A stretch of 64,000 bases of DNA from an uncultured virus (IMG/VR IMGVR_UViG_3300028027_000046) (IMGVR_UViG_3300028027_000046); one strand, 5' to 3'. Shown: positions 18,314 to 27,948, numbered from the stretch's first letter. Numbers and translations: made by a program. Notes: a model not told the origin generated them from the letters alone.

Positions 18314-18733
18314 ATGGCACAATTTACATCTCCACAATTAACATCTTGTTTTAGACAATGGCGTGCTGAAGGTACACACTGTAGGTTTACCCACGCATAT
18401 AAAGTATGGTTTGAGTTGGATTTTGACCAAGACATCAATGGTATATTTAATTCATATCCTGAATTAAAATTGTACCTTAATGAATGGTTTCTATCTAATT
18501 TTAACTACAAAACATTTGTATCTGAAAATGACCCTGAACTAGACACATTTAAACTACTCGATCAAAACAAAGCCATTTCACTAGTAACAATACCAGAAGT
18601 GGGGTGTGAGCGTTTTTCGGAATATGTTTTGGATAACGTCAATGTTATACTAAGTCAATTTGATTTAGATATTAAATGTGTTCGGGTAGAGACATGGGAA
18701 CATGAAAAAAACAGTGGAGTAGCTTACATATAA
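18314..18733 (+). CDS. queD: 6-carboxytetrahydropterin synthase homologue, copy A
   Basis: CFRQWRAEGTHCRFTHAY, ENDP, VGCERF and WEHEKNS; lacks the WVxDFG and DH motifs. Confidence 0.85.
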   Translation: MAQFTSPQLTSCFRQWRAEGTHCRFTHAYKVWFELDFDQDINGIFNSYPELKLYLNEWFLSNFNYKTFVSENDPELDTFKLLDQNKAISLVTIPEVGCERFSEYVLDNVNVILSQFDLDIKCVRVETWEHEKNSGVAYI

Positions 18734-18783
18734 ATTGTACTTACATGCATGGTGGTAATATGTATAATAAAACATAATCCACC

Positions 18784-19695
18784 ATGACAAGACAAACATT
18801 GAATAAGCAACTCATATTAGACTTATATAATCAAAACCCCACTAAAGGAAAATACTGGGTGGCAGATCAGTTAGGTTTAAATAGGAGTTCCGTTAGCACG
18901 TTAATAAATAAATATTGTACTAATAATTTACCCCTTGACAAAGAATTAGAGAGTATGGTAAAAGAATTACTTCCCTTATTCCCATATACCGGTACTAAAA
19001 ATAAAATAAGCAAACATCTAGGAGTTTCTCATCACACCTTAGACCAATTACTCCATAAAACCCAGGATATATTAATAATTGATCATTTTAATACTCCCAA
19101 ATGTAGTTCATCCAAACTAACAGATACTGATATTCAGGATGTACTGGATGGGAGTAAATTGGGTATAGGTAATGACCAAATGGGTTTAATTAAAGGAGTT
19201 GATGGTATTAGTATAAGAAATATACGAAAAAAATTGCTCACTAAGGAAGAATATGCTCAGTACCATTCAATAGAACGATTTTATTCAGGTGACTACAATG
19301 CTTACTATAATGACCGTGGGGATAAATTTTTATCAACGTGGGAAGAAAAATTAGCTGACCATATGTTTGAAATTGGTGTTAAATATTTTTCAAATGTTCG
19401 TCTATCTTACGATGGTAAAAACTATTCACCCGATTTTTATTTACCCAAAACAAGAACATTCATCGAGGTATTTGGTATGTCCAATATTAACACATACAAA
19501 TCACGAATGAATGAAAAAATTGAATTTTACAATAGCAACAACATTAAGTGTTTATTCCTATTTGAAGATAGTTTTATGTTAAACAGAAAACCTGTAGACT
19601 CATATAAAGTTAATTTAGATAATTTCCTAACCGAAATAGAAGGTCGTATATTTAATCAACATATAAAGAAAATCCATATAAACAATAAAAAATGA
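18784..19695 (+). CDS. free-standing PD-(D/E)XK endonuclease with N-terminal HTH repeats (putative homing endonuclease)
   Basis: STWEEK...YSPDFYLP...FIEVFG; AT-rich; own ATATGTATA motif at 18758; lies between the queD copies. Confidence 0.75.
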   Translation: MTRQTLNKQLILDLYNQNPTKGKYWVADQLGLNRSSVSTLINKYCTNNLPLDKELESMVKELLPLFPYTGTKNKISKHLGVSHHTLDQLLHKTQDILIIDHFNTPKCSSSKLTDTDIQDVLDGSKLGIGNDQMGLIKGVDGISIRNIRKKLLTKEEYAQYHSIERFYSGDYNAYYNDRGDKFLSTWEEKLADHMFEIGVKYFSNVRLSYDGKNYSPDFYLPKTRTFIEVFGMSNINTYKSRMNEKIEFYNSNNIKCLFLFEDSFMLNRKPVDSYKVNLDNFLTEIEGRIFNQHIKKIHINNKK

Positions 19696-20126
19696 AAAAA
19701 TTCCAGTCATCAAAATTAATGGACGGTTATTCTACATGTTATAGAAACCATTCCGCAACAGACCAAACACAACAACTGCATGGATGTGATATTAAATTCA
19801 GAATGCACTTTGAAGGTGAATTGGACCATAGAAACTGGGTTGCTGATTTTGGTTGGATGAAGCGTTCCAAGCAAACTATATCCGGAATGAGTGTAAAGGA
19901 TTATTTTTCGTATTTGTTTGACCATACATGTCTTATTCAAAATGACGATCCACTTAGAGAAACATTTGAGGACATGAACCGTAAAGGCACCATTCAACTC
20001 CGACTAATGGATTCAACCACTAAGGAGGGAATCGAGAAATATTTATTCAATACAATCCAGACGCTTATTACCGACGAAACCGAAGGAAGAGTAAATCTTG
20101 TAAAATTAGAAGTAACTAATTACTAA
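19692..20126 (+). CDS. queD: 6-carboxytetrahydropterin synthase homologue, copy B
   Basis: KFQSSK, LHG, GELDHRNWVADFG, LFDHT, NDDP; lacks the HC cysteine and the terminal EHEKNS. Confidence 0.85.
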   Translation: MKKFQSSKLMDGYSTCYRNHSATDQTQQLHGCDIKFRMHFEGELDHRNWVADFGWMKRSKQTISGMSVKDYFSYLFDHTCLIQNDDPLRETFEDMNRKGTIQLRLMDSTTKEGIEKYLFNTIQTLITDETEGRVNLVKLEVTNY

Positions 20127-20130
20127 ACCC

Positions 20131-20244
20131 ATGGATACCCCAACAATTAGACAATATGGTAACGTTCAGCTAGCTTGGACTTATACCACTTCGTGGGATC
20201 CCGAGTTCCCTCAACCATTAATCGTAAAATACACAATCAAATGA
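20131..20244 (+). CDS. 37-aa small protein
   Basis: Fills the gap exactly and has an ATGA overlap with the thioredoxin start. Confidence 0.45.
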   Translation: MDTPTIRQYGNVQLAWTYTTSWDPEFPQPLIVKYTIK

Positions 20245-20483
20245 AACAATTAATTTACTTTTACGGTACATTTTGCAACCCATGCAAATCATTTAGACCC
20301 ACTGTTGACCGTGTCAGCCAATCATACCCAGTGAAATTCGTTGATGTCGACCAAGAACCACAACTCGTAGCAGAATACGGCATTCGTGCCGTACCTACAG
20401 TAGTTGTAGTGGAAAATGGCCGTGCCATTGATAAAAAATCCGGTGTATTAACCGAAGGGCAATTAGTGAGCATGCTTGCTTAA
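20241..20483 (+). CDS. thioredoxin
   Basis: FCNPCK, VDVD, IRAVPT. Confidence 0.9.
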   Translation: MKQLIYFYGTFCNPCKSFRPTVDRVSQSYPVKFVDVDQEPQLVAEYGIRAVPTVVVVENGRAIDKKSGVLTEGQLVSMLA

Positions 20484-20534
20484 AAAATTTGGCTCCGCAA
20501 GGAGCCATTTGTATCTTTAACCAAAAATAGTTAT

Positions 20535-21371
20535 ATGAAATTAAATTTAGTACACGGGGGTATATTCCCCATCAAAGGCAAACTAAACGAGGACTCCACT
20601 GGATTTCAGTACAGTGGTACATTCCAAGGTGAAGGTAAATTAACTGGAACAGCATGTCTGTTCATTCGTACATCTGCATGTAATTTGAGATGTGCATGGG
20701 TTGGGCTAGACGGAAACGGCTCACTATGCGATACACCATATTCCAGCCACAACCCGGAAAAAAATCAAATGGACGTTGAAGATATCGTTAAAATCGTAGT
20801 AGAAAATACACGCGACCAAAACATTAACCATGTTGTTATCTCAGGTGGTGAACCTACCATGCAAACAGACGCATTGGTTGAGTTAGTACAAAAATTAAAC
20901 GCTTTATTTTACCATATCACCATCGAAACAAACGCTACTATATATGATGAGCGTATTTCAAAATATTCTAATTTGATGTCCATGTCACCTAAGTTAGCAT
21001 CATCCACACCATGGGTAGCCAATTTGAAAAATTCTGGCGTAGAATACAAGCAAAAATGGGCTGAACGCCATGAACGTGATCGTATCAATATTGAGGCAAT
21101 GCAACAATATATAAATGATAGACATCATCATGATTGCGACTTTCAATTGAAATTTGTTGTTGCTACTGAACAAGACATCGAGGAAATCGAAAGCATATTA
21201 TCCCAATTAGATGGATTTGGCCCATCAGATATATGTTTAATGCCCGAGGGAGTAGATGTAAACACATTAAACTCAAGAACTGGTTGGGTAGCTGAACAAG
21301 CACTTAAACGTGGGTGGAGATTTTGCCCTCGCTTACACATCATGATGTTTGGAAAAAACCGCTATGTTTGA
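20535..21371 (+). CDS. queE: 7-carboxy-7-deazaguanine synthase (radical SAM)
   Basis: FQGEG, FIR, CNLRC-x11-CDT, SGGEP, IETN, SPKL, RLH. Confidence 0.93.
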   Translation: MKLNLVHGGIFPIKGKLNEDSTGFQYSGTFQGEGKLTGTACLFIRTSACNLRCAWVGLDGNGSLCDTPYSSHNPEKNQMDVEDIVKIVVENTRDQNINHVVISGGEPTMQTDALVELVQKLNALFYHITIETNATIYDERISKYSNLMSMSPKLASSTPWVANLKNSGVEYKQKWAERHERDRINIEAMQQYINDRHHHDCDFQLKFVVATEQDIEEIESILSQLDGFGPSDICLMPEGVDVNTLNSRTGWVAEQALKRGWRFCPRLHIMMFGKNRYV

Positions 21372-21392
21372 TTTAACTAAATACACACCACC

Positions 21393-21896
21393 ATGTCCAT
21401 ACTAATAACCAAAACCGAAATCAAAAACAATGCCCGTAGGCTAGGCAATACCATCACCAAAAAACACCAACCAGACCTAGGTGATGTGGTAATGATTTGC
21501 CTGTTAAACGGCGGATTCATGTTTTTCGCTGATCTAGTACGCAACATCGATTTAAACATTAAATGTGATTTCATGCGAGTAAAGTCATACACCGGACAAG
21601 AACAATCCGAGTTGCAAATAATCAAGGACATAGAGTTAGACTTAACTGGAAAACATGTGTATATAGTTGATGACTTCTTCGATTCAGGCAATACTATGAA
21701 CGCAGTTCATGAGCGCTTAAAATCGCATAATCCTGCGTCATTAACGGCGGTTACTTTACTCAAACGATACCGTTGTAAACGACCAACCTATCCATTTATG
21801 TATGGTGTTGAAGTTAAGAAAGAATGGGTATATGGTTACGGTATGGACAATGAAGCTGGCTATTGTCGTAATTTAGACGCAATTTATAAAATTTAA
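21393..21896 (+). CDS. hpt: hypoxanthine-guanine phosphoribosyltransferase
   Basis: LNGGFMFFADL, VKSY, IVDDFFDSGNT PRPP loop, VYGYGMD...RNL. Confidence 0.9.
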   Translation: MSILITKTEIKNNARRLGNTITKKHQPDLGDVVMICLLNGGFMFFADLVRNIDLNIKCDFMRVKSYTGQEQSELQIIKDIELDLTGKHVYIVDDFFDSGNTMNAVHERLKSHNPASLTAVTLLKRYRCKRPTYPFMYGVEVKKEWVYGYGMDNEAGYCRNLDAIYKI

Positions 21897-21945
21897 CTTG
21901 GATACCACAACCCAGGTTTGTATATTCACATAAAAACAAAAACAT

Positions 21946-22659
21946 ATGAGTAGAAAAGAAAAGAAAGTAAAAGTAGAGGAACTCGAAATTGCAACAGCAG
22001 GACACGCAAACGGTATATCTACCTATTTAGCTGAACTTATCGCTAAAGGTGAGCACCGTTCATTAAACGATTTAGAAAAACTGCAAATCATTGACAAAGC
22101 AACATTCCACTACGGTGAATTCTTAACCGCACTTGGCTGTAACTGGCAAGACGACCCGAATTCAGACAATACACCTCGTCGTGTAGCAAAAGCATACGTA
22201 AATGACCTGTGGAAAGGCCGCTACGAATTAATGTCAGACGTTACTTCATTCCCATCCGACGGATATAATGGTATCGTGTTAGAGAAAAACATACCATTAA
22301 CTAGCCAATGTTCGCACCACCACCAAACAATTGAGGGTAGAGTACACATAGCATATATCCCCGGGAAAGACGGTAGTGTAGTTGGTTTATCCAAACTTAA
22401 CCGCATCGTAGAGCATTTTGGTCGTCGTGGAGCAATCCAAGAACAGTTAACTGTAGCCATCCACAACGCAATATCCAAGATTTGTTCAGGCAATATTGGT
22501 GTAATGGTCATGATTGACTCGACACATAATTGTGTAAAATGTAGAGGTGTGAAGCACTCCGGTGCATCCATGGTTACATCTGAAGTATCTGGTGTGTTCG
22601 CTAACCATACAAAAACAGCAAAACAGGAAGTAATCGAAATGATCAAATTAAAATTCTAA
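21946..22659 (+). CDS. folE: GTP cyclohydrolase I
   Basis: TPRRVAK, SQCSHH, GLSKLNR, IQEQLT, HNCVKCRG. Confidence 0.95.
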   Translation: MSRKEKKVKVEELEIATAGHANGISTYLAELIAKGEHRSLNDLEKLQIIDKATFHYGEFLTALGCNWQDDPNSDNTPRRVAKAYVNDLWKGRYELMSDVTSFPSDGYNGIVLEKNIPLTSQCSHHHQTIEGRVHIAYIPGKDGSVVGLSKLNRIVEHFGRRGAIQEQLTVAIHNAISKICSGNIGVMVMIDSTHNCVKCRGVKHSGASMVTSEVSGVFANHTKTAKQEVIEMIKLKF

Positions 22660-22661
22660 TT

Positions 22662-23219
22662 ATGAAAACAATATACAAAAAATTAGCAGACATCACCACA
22701 AACATGTTCAAATCAAATTACGTACCATTCATCAGTGAAGTGGAAGAATTCAATACCATGATGGGTAAGTCATATCAAAACCGAACTACCCCAACCATTG
22801 AGGCAGCAGATGCTCAGTTTGTAGTTGATTTTATTCAAGAGGAGCTAGACGAATTAAAAGAAGCGGTTGCTGCTAACGATATCGTGGGTGTATTTGACGC
22901 GTTACTAGACATCACATATGTATGTACTGGAAATGGTGCGTTAGTATTCGGTTTAAAGGACAAATTTGAAGCAGGTTATGCAGAAGTGCAAGCCTCCAAT
23001 TTATCCAAAATATGTATGACCGAAGAAGATGCCATTGAAACGGTTAATGTACGTTCTAAGCAACAAGGTCGCCCATGTCACTACAAAAAAGTTGGTGAAG
23101 GTTATGTGGTTTATCGTGATGATATGAAGGTAATGAAAAATGTAAAATATTTCTCGCCAGACTTAACGCAATTCTTCACGCAAGACGAACTTAGTAAATT
23201 TAACACAAAAACAAAATAA
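22662..23219 (+). CDS. MazG-like all-alpha NTP pyrophosphohydrolase
   Basis: IQEELDEL...DALLDITYV...EVQASNLSK. Confidence 0.85.
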   Translation: MKTIYKKLADITTNMFKSNYVPFISEVEEFNTMMGKSYQNRTTPTIEAADAQFVVDFIQEELDELKEAVAANDIVGVFDALLDITYVCTGNGALVFGLKDKFEAGYAEVQASNLSKICMTEEDAIETVNVRSKQQGRPCHYKKVGEGYVVYRDDMKVMKNVKYFSPDLTQFFTQDELSKFNTKTK

Positions 23220-23459
23220 ATGAGAACAGCACAACAAATTTTAGCAGATTTGAGACATACAACTGAATGGTCTCAACCAAACGTAAGATACACAGAATTC
23301 ATCGCATTAATCGACGAATTGGAAACAGTATTAGCAAACGTTAAAACTACAATCGAAAAAGCAGAGAAACCTGCACCAGCCAAAGTAGAGGCGGTAGTTG
23401 AAACAGTTGAGGAAACAGTTGAAGCACCTAAAGCAAAAACAGTAGCTACTAAAAAGTAA
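23220..23459 (+). CDS. hypothetical protein
   Basis: 79 aa with a low-complexity E/A/K/T tail. Confidence 0.6.
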   Translation: MRTAQQILADLRHTTEWSQPNVRYTEFIALIDELETVLANVKTTIEKAEKPAPAKVEAVVETVEETVEAPKAKTVATKK

Positions 23460-23460
23460 C

Positions 23461-23469
23461 ATATTTATA
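23461..23469 (+). promoter_or_regulatory. promoter class 3, ATAT(G/T)TAT(A/T), putative late promoter (example)
   Basis: Intergenic copies at 532, 2545, 3695, 5525, 8897, 11346, 12671, 18758, 23461, 29940, 31159, 34026, 37691, 49370 and 54451. Confidence 0.65.
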
Positions 23470-23492
23470 CATAAACATAAATCAATACAAAT

Positions 23493-23930
23493 ATGAACAA
23501 AGAAACACTTAGAATGCAAATGTTGGCTGGTGTAATCACTGAAAGTCAATACAAAACTAAATTGAAAAAATTTACAATTTTAGAAAACAAATTTAAGGCT
23601 GCTACTAGTAGATTAATGTTGAATGAGGTCCAATTCAATGATAATGACAAAGCACTAGGAACCTTAATATTCCCGAATGATGAGGATGATAAGGATACCC
23701 CATATGTTCATGATTATTATGCTTATGTATCTCTTCTAAAAGATATGGGGTATTCACAGGAACAAATAGATGAGGATTTGGATGAATATTTTCACTATAC
23801 ATCTGCTTTCAATGAAGAAGAAATGCACATTTACAAATATAGAACAGGAATTAAAAATTTAAGACCTGAAGATGTTACTGTAGGGATGATAAAGGATGAA
23901 CTGAGAGATGAATTTGGTACACCTCAATAA
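23493..23930 (+). CDS. RMQMLAG-leader acidic protein (putative internal virion protein)
   Basis: Shares an about 40-aa leader with 34687..35382; ATATTTATA motif at 23461. Confidence 0.6.
   Translation: MNKETLRMQMLAGVITESQYKTKLKKFTILENKFKAATSRLMLNEVQFNDNDKALGTLIFPNDEDDKDTPYVHDYYAYVSLLKDMGYSQEQIDEDLDEYFHYTSAFNEEEMHIYKYRTGIKNLRPEDVTVGMIKDELRDEFGTPQ
23511..23626 (+). repeat. 116-bp dispersed repeat, copy 1 (copy 2 at 34960-35075)
   Basis: Direct comparison gives 4 mismatches over 116 nt. Confidence 0.9.
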
Positions 23931-23950
23931 AACCCCCACAATCTCACATT

Positions 23951-23977
23951 AAAGCTTGGCTCTGCCAGGCTTTCTTT
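23951..23977 (+). terminator. intrinsic terminator AAAGCTTGGC-TCT-GCCAGGCTTT (family also at about 32173, 35404, 42686, 48663)
   Basis: GC hairpin plus T tract after stop codons; related GGCTCC...GGAGCC hairpins at about 4524, 6425, 14281, 20490 and 50320. Confidence 0.8.
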
Positions 23978-24001
23978 GTATATTCCACTAAAATCAAGTT
24001 T

Positions 24002-26728
24002 ATGTTTCAAAGTATTTACTATTCACGCAACGGAGAAGACGCATACCATTACTTCCTCCGCGACGACAAATCAGGCATATCCAAATTCCAGTACCGTCCA
24101 ACTGTATACAAGTTAGACGAATACGGTGAACACACTACACTATTTGGAGACAAGTGTTCCCCTGTTAACGGTAAATACGACTGGAAAGACCCTAGCATAC
24201 TCGAACGCGATATTGACAAGGAACTTGTATTGTTGCGTGATTTATACTACGAAACAGACGATATGCCATCCTACCACAACCTGGTATACCTGGATATCGA
24301 GATTGAAATCATTGGCGCACTTAACCCAACCACCATACGAGAAGCAAATGCGGAAATAACCGCTATTGCTCTAATTGATGCCAGCACTAAGGAAAAGACA
24401 TGTTTCATTTTGGACAAGAAAAGTCAAATCGAGGAAATATCTGCGGATGGTAAGTCAGTTGTACCATGCATCGACGAAAATACGTTGCTGCGTAAATTCC
24501 TAAACAAGTGGGAACAAATGGACCCGACCATTTGCGTTGGATTCAATAGTGATTTCTTCGATATGCCATACCTATACTACCGTATTAAAAAACGTTTGGG
24601 TGACGAAGTATATCGTTTATCCCCAGTTGGCAAAATCGACGAGAACCCAAACAACCCAAACTCACCAATTAAAATTGGTTTAGTTAACTGTTTGGACTTC
24701 ATGTTGCTACTTAAGAAGTACATCATGAAGGAAGAACCGTCGTACAAATTGGGCGACATAGGCACCAAATACGCTAAACTAGGCAAAATTGAGTACAACG
24801 GTAACCTGGACACATTGTTCCGTGAGGATCCAAACACATACATAGACTACAACATTCGCGATGTTGAAATACTGGAAGCGTTGGAAGACAAGTTGAAATT
24901 CATCGAGTTAACCATATTAATTTCACATATATGTCACACACCATACGAATCAATATACTACAATACTGCACTAAACGAGGGCGCTATATTGACCTATTTG
25001 AAACGTAAGGGTATAGTTGCACCAAACAAACCAACCACCACTAATCCATCCATACGTGAATTTGAAGTTGGCGACGAAATTATACACCAGCGAGGCACCC
25101 CAACCATTTCGGGTAAAATACACAGCATCGAGGGCAGCATGGCTATAATCCAGACCACTTCGGGAGCATACATGCAACGTAAAATACATTCAGTACGTAA
25201 AAGTGATTCATATGCTGGTGGGTACCTGTTGGACCCAGTACCTGGTTTGTATTCAAACCTATCCGACCTTGACTTTACCTCACTGTATCCATCCATCATT
25301 AAATCGTTAAATTTGGGTGTGGAAACGTTGATGGGTCGCATTGTAACTGTAAACAATTACGAACAGTACAATTCACTTGAGCAACTTAAGCAGCGTGACC
25401 CGGAGGAACTGGTGAAAATACAAAAACTGGACAAATACACGTACAAGTTGAAAGGCGCTAGCATTGCTGTTGGTTCATTAATCGATTTAATCGAGAAAAA
25501 CAACTGGACCATATCTGCAAGTGGTGCATTTTTCCGCACCGACATTAAAAGCATTGCGTGTGAGGTACTTGAGGACTGGTTCTTGAAACGTGAACACTAC
25601 CGTGCACTTAAAAAAGACGCGGGTAAAAGTGAAAAGTGGGACGACTATAAACTATTCGACCTGTACCAGATGGCATTCAAAATCTTGCAAAACGCACTTT
25701 ATGGTACGTATGCCATTAACTCATGGCGTTTTACTGACGGATTTAAAATATGCTCAGCCGGGATAACTAACAGCGGCCAGAGATTAACTCAGGAATCAAT
25801 CATATTCGTAAACCAGTACATATCTGACCAAGTAGGGAAAGAGCTATACCCGTATGTAAAAGCCAGCGATACCGATTCACTATACATGGAATTAACCGAT
25901 CTACTTATGCATCGCAATCCAGACCTGGACATAAACAATCGCAAGTTAAAAATTGAGAAATTGCTGCTACTAACGGACGAGTTACAGTCCCAAGCAAACA
26001 ATAACTTAAACAGTATGACTTTGGATTTATTCAACATGCGCGACAAACACTACTTCGAGTTGAAACAGGAAGTAATTGCGGAAAAAGCATACTGGTCAGG
26101 CAAACGTAGGTACGCAATGTATATTGTAAACAAGGAGGGCATTGAAATTGAGGAACTTGAAATGAAGGGACTCGATTTAATGAAATCCAATTTCCCCCCA
26201 CTATTCCGTAAATTTGGCGAGAAATTAATTAAGGATATATTGTTCGGTAAATCTAAAGCAGACATAGACAAAGACGTACTTGAATTTAAAGCATCACTCA
26301 ACACCATAGACTGGAAGCACCTACTCAAACCAACCGGCCTTAAAAAACTAGGCGAGTACATTGAGCGTGCACCTATGCCAGGTGAGTTATTCTCGACACT
26401 TAAGAAAAAATGTCCTGTTAATACTAAAGCAGCCATCATTGCAAACGATTTCATTCGGTTCAAGAAACAATCCGCAAAATATCCTGAATTTTCGCTTGGG
26501 GACAAAATGTACTACGCACAACTTAAACCAAACCCATACAAAATTGAGGTAATTGGATTTAATGGCTACAACGACATGCCAGAAATCACTGAAATCATAA
26601 ACAAATACATCGACCGTGAAGGTCTATTCGATTCAATCATGCGTAATAAACTACAAACATTGTATTCAGATATAGGTTGGGACCTAAAACTCAATACATT
26701 CATTGATGATTTCTTCAGCTTTGGCTAG
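24002..26728 (+). CDS. family B DNA polymerase
   Basis: Exonuclease DIEI, FNSDFFD, YNIRD; polymerase DFTSLYPS, KILQNALYG, SDTDS, KRRY. Confidence 0.97.
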   Translation: MFQSIYYSRNGEDAYHYFLRDDKSGISKFQYRPTVYKLDEYGEHTTLFGDKCSPVNGKYDWKDPSILERDIDKELVLLRDLYYETDDMPSYHNLVYLDIEIEIIGALNPTTIREANAEITAIALIDASTKEKTCFILDKKSQIEEISADGKSVVPCIDENTLLRKFLNKWEQMDPTICVGFNSDFFDMPYLYYRIKKRLGDEVYRLSPVGKIDENPNNPNSPIKIGLVNCLDFMLLLKKYIMKEEPSYKLGDIGTKYAKLGKIEYNGNLDTLFREDPNTYIDYNIRDVEILEALEDKLKFIELTILISHICHTPYESIYYNTALNEGAILTYLKRKGIVAPNKPTTTNPSIREFEVGDEIIHQRGTPTISGKIHSIEGSMAIIQTTSGAYMQRKIHSVRKSDSYAGGYLLDPVPGLYSNLSDLDFTSLYPSIIKSLNLGVETLMGRIVTVNNYEQYNSLEQLKQRDPEELVKIQKLDKYTYKLKGASIAVGSLIDLIEKNNWTISASGAFFRTDIKSIACEVLEDWFLKREHYRALKKDAGKSEKWDDYKLFDLYQMAFKILQNALYGTYAINSWRFTDGFKICSAGITNSGQRLTQESIIFVNQYISDQVGKELYPYVKASDTDSLYMELTDLLMHRNPDLDINNRKLKIEKLLLLTDELQSQANNNLNSMTLDLFNMRDKHYFELKQEVIAEKAYWSGKRRYAMYIVNKEGIEIEELEMKGLDLMKSNFPPLFRKFGEKLIKDILFGKSKADIDKDVLEFKASLNTIDWKHLLKPTGLKKLGEYIERAPMPGELFSTLKKKCPVNTKAAIIANDFIRFKKQSAKYPEFSLGDKMYYAQLKPNPYKIEVIGFNGYNDMPEITEIINKYIDREGLFDSIMRNKLQTLYSDIGWDLKLNTFIDDFFSFG

Positions 26729-26773
26729 GATACACACTATTTATTTCGTATATTCAATATAAATTAAAGTTAT

Positions 26774-27508
26774 ATGATCAACAGGTTAGTACTTAAATCC
26801 GTTATAGACAAATACCATTTGGGCGAAATCGAATCAGTCAAATGGGTTACCCGCGACAAACAACTATCCATTGACTTTATGTCATTAAGCAAGGAAGTAA
26901 TTGGCCGCGTCACACACAACAACATTGACATTGAGGACAGTGATTTAGCTATATTCGACACGAAAAAACTACTCGGTTTAATCAACATATGTGGTGGTGA
27001 CTTAATGCTCACACTGGAAAAAAACAAATCCGTATACACTAAACTACACATTGCGGACAATGCATTCAATTTAACGTATGCACTAGCAGATCCGCTACTC
27101 ATAGGCAAAGTTGGTGCTGTAAACGCACCAGAATGGGACGCGACAGCTACCCTAGAGAAAGAAGACCTCGTGAACCTAGTAAAAGCAAAGGGTGCTTTAG
27201 GCGACGTAAACAATATGTTAATATCCACTGGTAAAGACTTAAACGACGATGACGTTATTCTATTTACATTTGGCGACGAGAACGGCCACAACAACAAAAT
27301 CACGTACCAAATATACGCAGATATAAACCCAGTAGACATATCTATACCATTTAATTCGGATGCATTCCGTAACATATTAAACGCAAACAAGGACATGGAC
27401 AGTGGTAAACTATACCTTAGTTACCGCGGTTTAATGAAACTCGAATTCAAAACATCGGATTCATCCAGCGAATATTATTTAATCCGTAAAGAACAAACAT
27501 CCTTTTAA
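26774..27508 (+). CDS. sliding clamp (gp45/PCNA-like)
   Basis: 244 aa directly after the polymerase; LAIFDTKKLL and YALADP patterns; clamp loader nearby. Confidence 0.7.
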   Translation: MINRLVLKSVIDKYHLGEIESVKWVTRDKQLSIDFMSLSKEVIGRVTHNNIDIEDSDLAIFDTKKLLGLINICGGDLMLTLEKNKSVYTKLHIADNAFNLTYALADPLLIGKVGAVNAPEWDATATLEKEDLVNLVKAKGALGDVNNMLISTGKDLNDDDVILFTFGDENGHNNKITYQIYADINPVDISIPFNSDAFRNILNANKDMDSGKLYLSYRGLMKLEFKTSDSSSEYYLIRKEQTSF

Positions 27509-27579
27509 TACGTATAATCAAATAAACTTGGCTTAGCCAATCAGTTTTCGTATATTCAGTTATAATTTAAAATATAGTT

Positions 27580-27948
27580 ATGGTAGAAACAACAACTAAA
27601 CGCAAAGGGCGTCCGGCCCGCGACACAAACACTGTAGACACTCAATCAAACGTGTGCATCATTACTGATCCTGCAATGGATCCATTTTACATTTCAAAGG
27701 ACAGTTCAAACTTCACTGTAATTGAAAAAACCACCGTTAAACGTGGATTTAGAGGTGCTGTTGCATCTGGTAAAGACACCGAAAATGTAATTGGTTACTA
27801 CAGTAACTTCAGAAACGCGTTAAACGCGATCGCAAAACAAAAATTCTATGTAAACAAAGGCCATTATTCATCCATCAAGGAATACATGGACACATGGAAT
27901 GTAGTAAAAGACGGAATCAATAATTTATTAAACAAAGTAGAAATATGA
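27580..27948 (+). CDS. hypothetical protein
   Basis: 122 aa with an N-terminal KRKGRP motif. Confidence 0.7.
   Translation: MVETTTKRKGRPARDTNTVDTQSNVCIITDPAMDPFYISKDSSNFTVIEKTTVKRGFRGAVASGKDTENVIGYYSNFRNALNAIAKQKFYVNKGHYSSIKEYMDTWNVVKDGINNLLNKVEI

Noticed and set aside
18314..20126. queD as simple N- and C-terminal halves of one gene
   Set aside because: Both ORFs align over the same N-terminal, central (xDP) and C-terminal regions, so they are paralogues rather than halves.
25058..25205. Mini-intein in the DNA polymerase
   Set aside because: No Cys/Ser start, TxxH block or His-Asn end, and too short.
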